Part shown: positions 13,801 through 25,361 of the stretch, piece after piece
Position numbering within the stretch: the first letter of the stretch is position 1
How the letters are laid out: every line of letters starts with the position of its first letter
DNA from: Tubulanus polymorphus
Taxonomy: Eukaryota; Animalia; Nemertea
Direction: 5' to 3'
DNA length: 64,000 nt
Assembly (NCBI RefSeq): GCF_964204645.1
Contig: NC_134027.1
Span: 744,001-808,000, forward strand
Notes under the pieces: model-generated
What the model was told of the DNA's origin: nothing
The model's database searches: none
What the model saw: only the letters and a program-made list of their open reading frames with translations
Translations under genes and position numbers: made by a program

Positions 13801-13990
13801 TGCTAATGAAGATGAGAGATCAAACATTCTTCTAACTGAGGAGGAATAAGTGAACAAACTGCAGCGGTGTTACACACTCAATGTTACATGTACATCAGTT
13901 ATATCTCAATTAGACTGAAACAATGAGTGAAACTTCTACAGTTACAATCTGACACAAATCAGACTGTGTCAGAAAACATTTTTACATTAG
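10865..13990. repeat. Long diverged inverted repeat: arms ~10865-11470 and ~13385-13990, spacer ~1.9 kb
   Basis: cagattgtaactgtagaagtttcactcattgtttcagtctaattgagat (left) is the exact reverse complement of the right-arm segment near 13903-13951; similarity continues along the whole arm. Confidence 0.9.
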
Positions 13991-14227
13991 CCCCACGTGC
14001 TGAGTGGATGATAGACATCATGAGACTCATCAAATTTTGAGAAATTAGTTTAATTGAAAAATTAATTTAAGCAATGTCTGTTTTTGCATTTCAGAGGTTG
14101 ATGTTACCTGAACATGCAGTTCTGAGCTGACTCCAGATCAGGTGAGCATGTATGCAGTGAAATTGGATAAAATCATAAGATTTTCCAAGAGCTCTTATTA
14201 GTGGAATTTTATCTCTAATAGCGCTTG

Positions 14228-14730
14228 ATCCAAGTGCTGCCCAGTGAGACACTGTCTGGTGAACCAACATCCAAGTGCTGCAGAATCTACCCCCAGTGAG
14301 ACACTGTCTGGTGAACTCAACATCCAAGTGCTGCAGAATCTACCCCCAGTGAGACACTGTCTGGTGAACTCAACATCCAAGTGCTGCAGAATCTACCTCC
14401 AGTGAGACACTGTCTGGTGAACTCAACATCCAAGTACTGCAGAATCTACCCCCAGTCAGACACTGTCTGGTGAACTCAACATCCAAGTGCTGCAGAATCT
14501 ACCCCCAGTGAGACACTGTCTGGTGAACTCAACATCCAAGTGCTGCAGAATCTACCTCCAGTGAGACACTGTCTGGTGAACTCAACATCCAAGTGCTGCA
14601 GAATCTACCTCCAGTGAGACACTGTCTGGTGAACTCAACATCCAAGTGCTACAGAATCTACCCCCAGTGGGACACTGTCTGGTGAACTCAACATCCAAGT
14701 GCTGCAGAATCTACCCCCAGTGAGACACTC
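14228..14730. repeat. 53-bp minisatellite, ~9.5 copies
   Basis: Unit ccagtgagacactgtctggtgaactcaacatccaagtgctgcagaatctacc(c/t). Confidence 0.97.
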
Positions 14731-15022
14731 TCCACACGCTACAGAAGGTGAGTAATGAATAGACAAATTTCTAATTTGAATTTTTTTCAGAGGTTTGAAT
14801 TCTCTTAGATTTTTTAAACCTAAAATTCTAAGATATTCTGTAAAGACAACAATTTGACCAGTTGTCCAATGTTTGTTATTCTCATTTCAGTGTCCATCAA
14901 TATTAAGCTGAACTGATGCAGAATGAACTTATAGATAATGAACTGAATTGCTGGAGTCAGCTACTACTGGTCTGTGGTATGTGTTTGGAGCCAGAAATTT
15001 AACAATGACTGTAATATAATCT

Positions 15023-15169
15023 CAGAGCTGCCAACTGTTACTGATTTTCAGTATTTGTAACGATTTTGTTACGAGAAATACTGATTTAGTTAATTCACAT
15101 TTTGATGAAATGTTACTGAAAAAAGCTCAATTTGTTGGTTATAACACTTTTCAGGGGTTGGCAGCCCTG
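15023..15169. mobile_element. 147-bp MITE with 13-bp TIRs and a 6-bp target-site duplication
   Basis: Ends are cagagctgccaac ... gttggcagccctg, flanked on both sides by taatct; a second left end lies at ~18532. Confidence 0.8.
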
Positions 15170-17827
15170 TAATCTGATAAATAGATGTAATAAACAGATT
15201 GTTCTCATTTCAGTGTCCGATCAATGTTAGTTACACTATAAGGAATAGACCCAGTAGCTGAATTGAACTGAACTGATCCACAGTGAATATTTGAGTCACC
15301 TTCAGATATTAGTGGTATGTCTGTATGCAGACAAAATTCTATTTTAACAACTGAGTTTGTGTTTTAAATCTTTGAAATAAGTAGGCCTATAATATCATTG
15401 AATCTGTTATTTTCATTTCAGTGTTTGTCATTATAAGCTGAACTGGTAAATAATTAACGTACAAACTCCACTGGTTGAGTCACCTACAGACACATGGTAT
15501 GTGTATAGAGATTAATTCAATGAATCTGAAATACTTTGTTTCTTAGTTTTAAATGATTTTCCATTTTGTTTTAATCTGTTAGGAGATGAACTGAACAAAT
15601 CAACAGTTCGAATTCTGTATCAATAAGTGGTATGTATGAAAACAGAATTTCAACAACTTATTTCATAATTTCCTGCAATAGAATCTGATAAATAATTGCC
15701 ATTGAATCCGTTGTTTTCATTTCAGTGTCAATCATTGTTCGTTGAACTGTAAAAGAATGAATGAACCAACATCTTATTTGAACTGAACTCTACAGTCCAT
15801 GGTTGAATCTATAGCTATAGACATACAGTACGTGGTGTGTGTGTATGGAGGCAATTTCAATTTAATTGAAACACTTGTTTCATTATAATTATTAATGATT
15901 ATTATGATTATCCATTTTGTTTTAATCTGTTTAGGAGAAACCTGAACCAAGGATGTTATATTGCCACAGATATCATGTATGTATCAACGTCTTTCTGTTT
16001 TATTCCGTTTCTGTTCTGCAGAAGAATCTGAGATGAATATAATGTTATGGACTGAATGTGTTTTCCATTTTAGTTTCCTTCAATGTTAGTTGAACTGTAA
16101 CTGATAGAAGAGAACCATGGACGTTATAACTCCCCACAGATGTCGTGTATGTATCTGTAGAGGAATCTTTGAGAGATAGATTTTATAGAATCTGTTATTT
16201 TCAGTGTTGATCAATGTTAGTTGAACTGTAATGAGTAAAACCAGTAGTTACTTCACAGTCAATGGTTTAGTCAGTAACAATGTATGTGATGTGGTTTGTG
16301 TGTATGGAGACAATTTCATTATTTTCATTAATTATTTGTTAGGCAATGACCAATTGTCCATGGGATGACCGATTACTAGTAGATGACCAGGGTTGACCAA
16401 TATTGCCAGATGACCAATTGCCAGAAATGATCAGGGAACAGTCAACATGTATGTATCGAGACAATTTTCTGTTGTTTTGAGGAATCTCATAGAATCTGTT
16501 ATTTTTATTTCAGTGTCCGTCATCATGAGTTGAAACGAATATCTGATTTAAAGTGAACTCTGCAGTCATTCAACAGTTGAGGAGCCCTTACACATATATA
16601 AGTTACGTATTAGTGATATTTACCACTGACAGACAATTAAAACAACTTGTATTATAATGATTTGCTGTTTGTGAATGAACTTGAGAACAGTCGCTACTCC
16701 TTAATGCTATCAGTTACAGCCACCTTTTGATAGAATCTCTGTCTAAACCTCTTGCATGATCATCTCTATCTCAATTATAATATAATAAATACTAATCCTT
16801 CATTTTAACTCTCTTCTATTCTAATACATTGTATGAGTCAAAAGATGGTTGTCATCGATAGAATTAGGGGCGCTATACAGCTGGCTAATTGTCATAATCT
16901 AAACCCTTTTTGTGTTCACTGCATACTCTGTGACCCTCCACTTCAATACATTTTAATTGATTCAATTGCACCAACTTTTTATTTTTTTTTCATGTCAGCG
17001 TCAATCGTTTTTACCTGCTGCAGGTAGAAATGAATCCACTGCTTGAGTGGCTATAAAAGTCGTTGGTGGACACTCAATTGGAGACAATAATTTCTTTTAG
17101 ATCTGACAGTTGTGGAATTGTAACATTTTAATATATAAGGGGCACATCTAGAAAATTGGAAGACACGTTTTAATTGATATCTGTTATTTTACGTGTTTCA
17201 GCTTCAAGTTCATCTGAGTTCTACCAAATGAGATTATTCACCCATGAAGACTCGACTGATTCATACCCACATAAGGTAGTTGTACTTTCATTTTTATTAA
17301 ACATTTCAATAATTAAAATTGGCGATATTAAGAAGAAAAAAGAAATTCATAAATTGCATTATTTAAAGTACTTTGATTTAAAACCTATTCATAGATAACA
17401 ATGCGGTACCGCTGCATAATAGATGGCACCACTATACGGTCGTTGGTACTACTAGACTGGTTACCTGTATAATAAGTACAATACAATGAATTTTATTCGC
17501 ACGGTGACGGATGTATTGGCATTGAAGCGCTCACTTATAATTCTATTGTATTGAATGTAGACCCAGAAAACCACGAAGGCTGCATTACGATTGCACCTTA
17601 CACACAGGGCCACCTTCGGTTATCGGAGTCAGTCGACTTATAGTAGTCCCGGAACTCGGGTGCCGAGTAACTCATGTCAAATGTCGGAACTATATTCCGG
17701 AACTAGTTCGAAAATCAAGCGCATTCGGTTATTAGTTCCAACCACTAGTCGACTAGCTACCGATTACCGAATTTGGCCCAGCCTGTCTAACTCTGGATTC
17801 GCAACTGGCAACCGAGTTAAGTGCTTC

Positions 17828-17970
17828 TCGCTAGCCAGGTTGCCGCTAAGCGGCCACCAGTCTATAATACTAACCCAATTACACGTTGTTTGTCACTCGC
17901 TGATTCGCTACGCATCTGATTGGCTAGATATATAGACTGGTGGCCGCTTGACCATTGAGGCAAGCGAGGA
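17828..17970. mobile_element. Palindromic MITE-like element (related copy at ~51013-51130)
   Basis: Internal inverted arms agcggccaccagtctata ... tatagactggtggccgct; ends ctcgctagcc / ggcaagcgag. Confidence 0.7.
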
Positions 17971-19471
17971 TGGTTGCGTGACTTATCGAAATGTTCGCTT
18001 GCCACAGCAGGAATACCGTCCAATGTAATAAGTGTTTATGTATTAATTGTAGGAATGCCTGGTGATGTAGATCAAGTTCACAGAAACTGAAAACAGAAAG
18101 AAACCTGGCGGAATCTATTGTGTATAAATAAATATATTTATTATCGTGTTGTGTTGTTTATTCTGAGTGCGATCTGTGGTGATTCAACCACTTGGTCCTC
18201 TCAAGTTTTTTCCCCATCCAAATTTTTGAATCCGTTTGCGCCGTTTTGACTGAAGTGATCTTTAAATTTGTATTAGTTCTAAGACTTAGACAGGTCTTAA
18301 ATTCTTTCAGTTGCGGCCACCTCTCGACAAAAATCTATTGTACTAATCCTTAAAAACTTCTAATCGCATGCGTCGAAAGGTGGCTGTCATAGATGGAATT
18401 AGAGATATGATCAATGTCTAAGATGAATACAATTGCGTTTAATTTGAAACTGCTAAACAGTTGCAGTAAGAGTTAAATAACGATCATCGCTGTATCTATG
18501 CTTTTGATGCTTGTTCCACTCTCAGTAATTACAGAGCTGCCAACTATTACTGATTGCCAGTATTAGTTAGTAAGCGCACAGCGAAGCTCCTTAATCGTCA
18601 CGATCGCGCGTATGAGGCAAATTCCAATTTTCTATATTTCTCCATACCGTCCTTCTCAAAAAGTGTAGTTTACATCCGGGACACATGGGCATTGGCTAAA
18701 TCGCGGCGACGAAAATGACGGTCACGGACGGACTTTCGTCGAAACTTGCGGGCCGCCTCGCGCGGGTAGTTTAAATACGTGAATGAAGGATAACAAAACG
18801 ATTTTGTGTAATTTTCAGAATATTTACAAAGAATATTCACGAAATATTGTCAAAGAAATGTCTTTTTAGTTCGTATTTCTCCGTAGAAACCGATTGGAAG
18901 ACTGGATTCGAATCCCACAAAAAGCGCAGTCCCTTAGCAACGGGTCGAATTTTTTTAGAATAACAAGAGCGCCGGTTTCACAGCATCACTAAGGGTCGAG
19001 TCCCGGAGAATAACGCGCGCGCGGTCCGCGTCTTACAAAATGACCGTCCCGGTCCACACAAGTACTGAATAATTAACTCAGAATTTTGCCAATCCCTGGG
19101 AGTAAAATGCCGTGCGTTTTTTAACATATCGTATCTTTATGTGTTTTTTACTCCCTTTTTTCACGTTATTCCCCTTTTCCGTTTCGAATAAAATTCGCTA
19201 TAATCCGTACCGTATTTAAAATACCGTTGTTCCATTAATTCCGTACCCATGCAACCCGTTGTAATACTTAGGAACAAATCTTTAGTGTAAAACATATAAA
19301 ACTATTGAAGCCATGAGATTTAATGTAGAATCACAATTGGTAGAACACTATATCCGTGTTGACGCGATGAGGAGAGAATCCCACAATGATAATAAAAAGT
19401 CCGAAAATGAAACTTCGAGATAGTAGTTTATTTCAACGTTTCGAATATATCCTAATAGTCATCTTCAGGAA

Positions 19472-19586
<115 letters not shown>

Positions 19587-19774
19587 TCACTTGCCAGGGG
19601 TCCGGTATCACCCCGAACTCGCTCGAACAGCTTTAGCCACGTAGTGGGTGCGAATCCCTTGACGGGTGAAGATGAGTCACAATGTTCAGAATAGTGTCCG
19701 GTGACCAGTCTAATATCAACTGTCAGACTAGGCAACCAGTTTAAAGATCAAAATGGTAACCAAACTATACTACT

Positions 19775-19945
19775 GATGCTTATACAGAGGTGTCCCGGGT
19801 TCGAACCCAGTAATTACTGACACTGATTCAGAGTGGTACTGATGCTGTATAGAGGATGTACAAGGGTGTCCCGGGTTCGAACCCAGTAATTACTGACACT
19901 GATTCAGAGTGGTTCTGATGCTGAATAGAGGATGTACAGGGGTGA
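19775..19945 (+). repeat. 76-bp tandem unit containing a Pol III B-box (GGTTCGAACC), ~2 copies
   Basis: ggtgtcccgggttcgaacccagtaattactga at ~19790 and ~19866; same family as 40960-41270. Confidence 0.85.
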
Positions 19946-20206
19946 AAAACTGACTTAGAACTGAACACGCATGCGTAATAATTCTCCGAGCTGCAGCAAC
20001 GCACACGCATTCTCCAACTTCCAGCAACGCATCAAGTTGCATAGACCAATGCGGGGTTTACGGCCAGGGACTGAAGTGGCATGAGCTAAGGCGAGTGACA
20101 ATCAGATCCTGGCAAGCGAGGGTGTTAAATTGTAGTTGTAAGTGAGTCGGAGTACTCCTCGCGCAGAGCATAGACTGGTCGCCCGTCGGAACAATCTGCC
20201 TAGACT

Positions 20207-20806
20207 GATTAGATCAGATTAAACTTTTATTCTCCTGAATATGATGGAGTTTCGTACAATATACATGTATATATAACAAAATATCAAAACATACAACAAG
20301 AAGTAAATAGATATAAATAGAATCGCAGTTATTCAGAAGGAATCAATAATTATGTGTTTTTCATTTACAATAAATAGGCAGTAAAGAGAATCAATTAATA
20401 TATACATGTATTTACAATGATTAGTCTAGCTAAAACAAATAAATAATATCAACAATTTTCTAGTTACAATGCAAACTTTAAATCAATGATATGTACAGAT
20501 ATATGTAACCAAGTAGCCTAGCCAGGTTTAAATGACTTGGACGTTAAAGGACAAGTATCATCAATGGAGGTTCATACAAAATATTTTCCAAATTATCAGT
20601 GAGGATATTACAGTCACACTAGTTTCAAAATTTAATCAATTTATATATCACACTTGGACAAGAATCGTATAAGGCCGATGTTTTAAATCATCATCAGTGG
20701 TATTTACCAAAGCCTTGTATTTCAGAACATTTGGCGGACGCCAGAAAAAAGAGGGAATGTGTAACTTGCGTTCTGTTCGTAATGAATTGCATTCGAGTAA
20801 AACACA
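20207..20806 (-). mobile_element. 3' fragment of a non-LTR retrotransposon (LINE ORF2 C-terminus plus 3' UTR and tail)
   Basis: The minus strand reads VLLECNSLRTERKLHIPSFFWRPPNVLKYKALVNT, resembling the post-RT C-terminus of invertebrate CR1/L2/RTE-X-like LINEs (recalled resemblance, not a database match). It ends in AATAAA plus an aatct-like tail. Confidence 0.55.
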
Positions 20807-20862
20807 TCTTCACCCGTCAAGGGATTCGAACCCACTACGCTAAAGCTGTTCGCCGATGTAGT
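20806..20862 (-). mobile_element. tRNA-derived SINE head fragment (inverted copy at 19622-19675)
   Basis: The minus strand reads cggcgaacagctttagcgtagtgggttcgaatcccttgacgggtgaagatg, which contains the B-box GGTTCGAATCC. Confidence 0.6.
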
Positions 20863-22145
20863 CTATTAATTACTTAACCTAACGCCTTTTATTAGTTTAG
20901 TACACCTACATATCCTGACTTTGACACTTGAGGTATGTTCTGATTTAGAATGAACAGGGATGACGGTCTATCAATGCGCATAGAACTGTCTGACCACTTT
21001 TGTCCTATATCATCACATACGCATAGATACCTTATTGTTTCTGGTTTTGGACTGTAAACTCAGTCTCACTGCCGCGATAACTGGAAAGCTGCCTCCGCTT
21101 TGGCTTCAGGATAGCAAGCTCAGTCTATTTTTGTGCAGTGGTGGTTGGAAGGTTGCCTCCTGACACCGGTCTCATTAAGACCTACCAAAAAAAAAAACCT
21201 AATTGTGACAAATGATTAACTGGGCGTGCCGCCTTGGTGATCACTGACGGTCTTCCATTACGCTAGCACTGTCAGATAGCCGCCAGAGTGGCATGCAATT
21301 TTTTGATCATGCCTGTAAATAAAACCCGATCAAGACTGTACATATGTATCATTGTATTAATCAAACTCGCGTGCCTGTGTCGCTTTCTTACTGACGGTCT
21401 ATCAATGCGCATAGCACTGTCTGTTTGATCGCGACGCATCCACGGACCTAACTATGCACTGTATATTAGAAACACAAAACTGCTCCCCGTGTACAACTTT
21501 TACTTTTAGGCAAACTCAGCACCAGATGTGAAGTACCAACTGCACCCCTTGACGGAGAAACCTATCCTCATCGGAGCGTGCACCGTCGATGTCATACAAC
21601 TACACTTCGGATACCAGGACCAAACTCTCATCTGGATAATTTGCTTTTCAAAATGTGCTTCCGTTTTATCTAGTCAGCACGCGGGACAATCAACTTAGAG
21701 GATTTTTACACCAACATCTACCCGAGGAAAGGCTACAATAAACATTCGGACTATTTACACGTGGAAAACGACCAAAAAAATGTTAAAAATTGACAAAATG
21801 ATCTTCAACCTTGTAATATAGTTATTTCCTAAATCTTGATGTATTAAATTAGGCAGCCAACTAAATTAACCCCAATCAGTCGCTTGCCGGTTCAGACTGC
21901 TTGGATGATTGTTTGAATGAACCGGAACCGAAAATTTCAAATTATGTACTTCGATTTAAACAAAAAATTCTGTAAACTCGACCGCCGATCACACAACTAT
22001 ATTTGTACTTCGATTTCCGATTTCAAAATCAAACCCCCTGTTTCTTTCCCGGCAGGTGTGGTGGGTTTGTAAGGGACACGAAATCAAAAAATCAAACGAA
22101 ATTTACCAATCAAATAAATCACAGGGTCAATCCCTACTTTAAGAT

Positions 22146-22182
<37 letters not shown>

Positions 22183-22935
22183 GTTCGCCGAACCCCTTGA
22201 CCTCACGAGTCGTTGGAGTCGTTACTAGCCGACCAGAATCCGGTCGTACCAATCACAGCGCTTGTTACAAACGACTTTAGGCTTCTATTGGTTTTCCCGT
22301 TAAATGGACCAATCAGCGAACGTTTTACTGAACAAGGAAGTATTTCGCAAATCGATATATGACGTCATGCGCAACAGCGCCAGTAATGAAATCACGCTTC
22401 GTGAGGCCAGGGGGCTGGTGGAAGCGAGTTCGTGAGTGATACCGGACCCCTGGCAAGCGAGGATGAGTAAAACATGGAATTCATCACCTATTTCTATTTA
22501 TTGCAAGATTTATCGAAATTCTCACGTGTATACCGATCTACTTCCACAGGCAACGTATGGTTATTTGAACGAAACTTTAGCAGTCATCGTTTATGCGGGA
22601 GAGTTCTATTAGATATTTGTCTAGGCAAAATTCTGATTTCTGCGCCACCTGCATTCGGGACAGGTTTATCCTCCGCGGAATATACGGATCCAATCAGATT
22701 TCAGTATTTCATCACGTGAACAATGTAACATGGCCGCCTCCAGGGCCAAATTCGGTTTTTGCATCTAGTCGACTAGTGGTCGTAACTAATAACCGAATGC
22801 GCTTGATTTTCGAACTATTTCCGGAATATAGTTCCGACTAACGGACATTCGGTTTCGTTTAGTTCGACTATAGTCAGATAACGGAAGGTGGTCGAATGTC
22901 TCGATTTACGTTCCATGCACAGGGGTTTGGCGATG

Positions 22936-23147
22936 GGCTTGGATTGTATTTCCGGGTTGTTGACAATCTCGCGAGAATGGCGCTAAATATGAACTGCGAA
23001 TAAATTCAAAATATCACGGAAATACCTTGTGTTTATATATTGTTTATTTATCCGCTATAAAGTTTCGATAAACAATTGGTCGTTAAGGATCATTATCATA
23101 CGTCTATATTAGTATATTATCAACAACCCGGAAATAAAATCCAAGCC
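22936..23147. mobile_element. MITE with ~28-bp TIRs
   Basis: ggcttggattgtatttccgggttgttga ... tcaacaacccggaaataaaatccaagcc. Confidence 0.75.
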
Positions 23148-23993
23148 AAACACCAACTGATAGAATAAGCGCCTGTCTCAATGTTCCAGTAACTATGATG
23201 ATGATGATGATGAAATCCAACTACTAGTCTCAATGATTGTTCAGTGAAAAATGCAGAAAAATAAGAGGAAGTTTTAGCGAATATTTTTTTTAAATACAGA
23301 GATGATGACTGCAGTTTATTTCACGTAAGACAAAAAAAAAACATCAACAACCAGTGATTCATAATTACATCCAATAACAACAGCTCTAGGGGCTTTCCTT
23401 CCTCTAACACGTACCGGGGTGTCCCCCACATACCAGGGCTCATTCCCCTCTAACATGTACTGGGGGTTTACTCCCACCTTACAGTCAATCACTTATACAG
23501 AATGGACAGGGGTACCCTATAAGGCCAGGGTCCAGTTTCAGGATAAGTTAAAGTTTGAATTGTCGTTATTGAAAACAACCGCTAAGCAATTAGACCAAAC
23601 ATTTGAATTCAATTTCTTTGTGAATGTGAACCCTGTACCCACGAGGACCAATTAAACACCTTCAATTCTCACTGAACTCTTCATTATCTAAATCTCTGAT
23701 GTTTTTTAAGATCTCTATTTCCACATCTACGACAAACAGTCTATATCCATATACTTTAAATCTAACAGAAAATATAATTCCTAGAATAAAAGAAACTTTC
23801 TTCACGACCGAATTTAAAAATCAGTTCATTTACTTTCGTTTTAAAATAAAACAGTTGATCAGGGGACCGTGTCAAGAGAAGTTTGTTCAGGGGGCCGTGT
23901 CAGTAAAAATCATCATTTAACAGTAAACAACTCATACTTTACTGAGACACTGATAACAAAAACTATTATTTACATGTTTAACACCCCCAATGT

Positions 23994-24190
23994 GAGGTCC
24001 AGGTGACCACTCGGAGGTCCAGGTGACCACTCGGAGGTCCAGGTGACCACTCGGAGGTCCAGGTGACCACTCGGAGGTCCAGGTGACCACTCGGAGGTCC
24101 AGGCGACCACTCGGAGGTCTAGGCGACCACTCGGAGGTCCAGGCGACCACTCGGAGGTCCAGGTGACCACTCGGAGGTCCAGGTGACTAG
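23994..24190. repeat. 20-bp minisatellite, ~10 copies
   Basis: Unit gaggtccaggtgaccactcg. Confidence 0.97.
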
Positions 24191-24359
24191 TCCAAGGTCT
24201 TTATAGGCCGTTAGATGAGAAGTGAATTGTGAGCATTAATTTGTAGAGTGAAATTATCGTTTATATATTATGAGTTATTCTATATTCTATATACATTTCA
24301 CCTCTTAGTTAAATATTCATTTTATGAGTCTCGAGTCTGACTTTCTCAAACTCTCTTAA

Positions 24360-25005
24360 AGTGACTCTCGTAGTCTGACTCCCTTACACTATCCTGACTC
24401 CTTCAGAGTGACTCTCTCAGTCACACTCCTGACTCCTTCAGAGTGACTCTCTCAGTCACACTCCTGACTCCTTCAGAGTGACTCTCTCAGTCACACTCCT
24501 GACTCCTACAGAGTGACTCTCTCAGTCACACTCCTGACTCCTACAGAGTGACTCTCTCAGTCACACTCCTGACTCCTACAGAGTGACTATCTCAGTCACA
24601 CTCCTGACTCCTTCAGAGTGACTCTCTCAGTCACACTCCTGACTCCTTCAGAGTGACTCTCAGTCACACTCCTGACTCCTTCAGAGTGACTCTCTCAGTC
24701 ACACTCCTGACTCCTTCAGAGTGACTCTCTCAGTCACACTCCTGACTCCTACAGAGTGACTCTCTCAGTCACACTCCTGACTCCTTCAGAGTGACTCTCA
24801 GTCACACTCCTGACTCCTTCAGAGTGACTCTCTCAGTCACACTCCTGACTCCTTCAGAGTGACTCTCTCAGTCACACTCCTGACTCCTACAGAGTGACTC
24901 TCTCAGTCACACTCCTGACTCCTACAGAGTGACTCTCTCAGTCACACTCCTGACTCCTTCAGTGACTCTCTCAGTCACACTCCTGACTCCTTCAGAGTGA
25001 CTCAG
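24360..25005. repeat. 35-bp minisatellite, ~18 copies
   Basis: Unit cctgactccttcagagtgactctctcagtcacact. Confidence 0.97.
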
Positions 25006-25361
25006 TGCTATACATATAACATTCATCTATAATACACATAATGATAATTGAAACACTGTACACACACATTTATCCGTTTGAAAATTAAACGTTTTTTTTT
25101 GGAAATTCTAGAAAATCTTTTCATTTCATTTCATTGTAATTCAAACATAATTAACATCATTTCTCTGTGTGTAAAACAGGGCTCAAATTTCAACCCGGTT
25201 TCACTTAAATCTATTCCTTATATACACCACCGATTATTGATTATTGGCTGCTATATTTTTCCCCCGATGCAGAATTTTAAAATGACACATTTATTTATTA
25301 CATTAATTATTCATTATTATAATGATATATTATTATCATAATTGTTAATATTATGTTCGTA

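Larger units (their letters stand above)
14095..18140 (+). ncRNA. Candidate multi-exon lncRNA built from duplicated short exons
   Basis: Serial polypyrimidine-AG acceptors and GT(A/G) donors define exons at about 14095-14141, 14222-14747, 14891-14976, 15214-15314, 15422-15496, 15583-15629, 15726-~15833, 15935-15976, 16074-16146, 16205-~16281, 16343-16448, 16514-~16600, 17202-17275 and 18053-~18140. AATAAA at 18127 is followed by a GT-rich tract. Exon 14891-14976 has stops in all 3 frames. Confidence 0.55.

Noticed and set aside
10540-16600. Intronic C/D box snoRNAs
   Set aside because: Scattered TGATGA and CTGA words occur, but I saw none with proper spacing, terminal stem and an rRNA-complementary guide.
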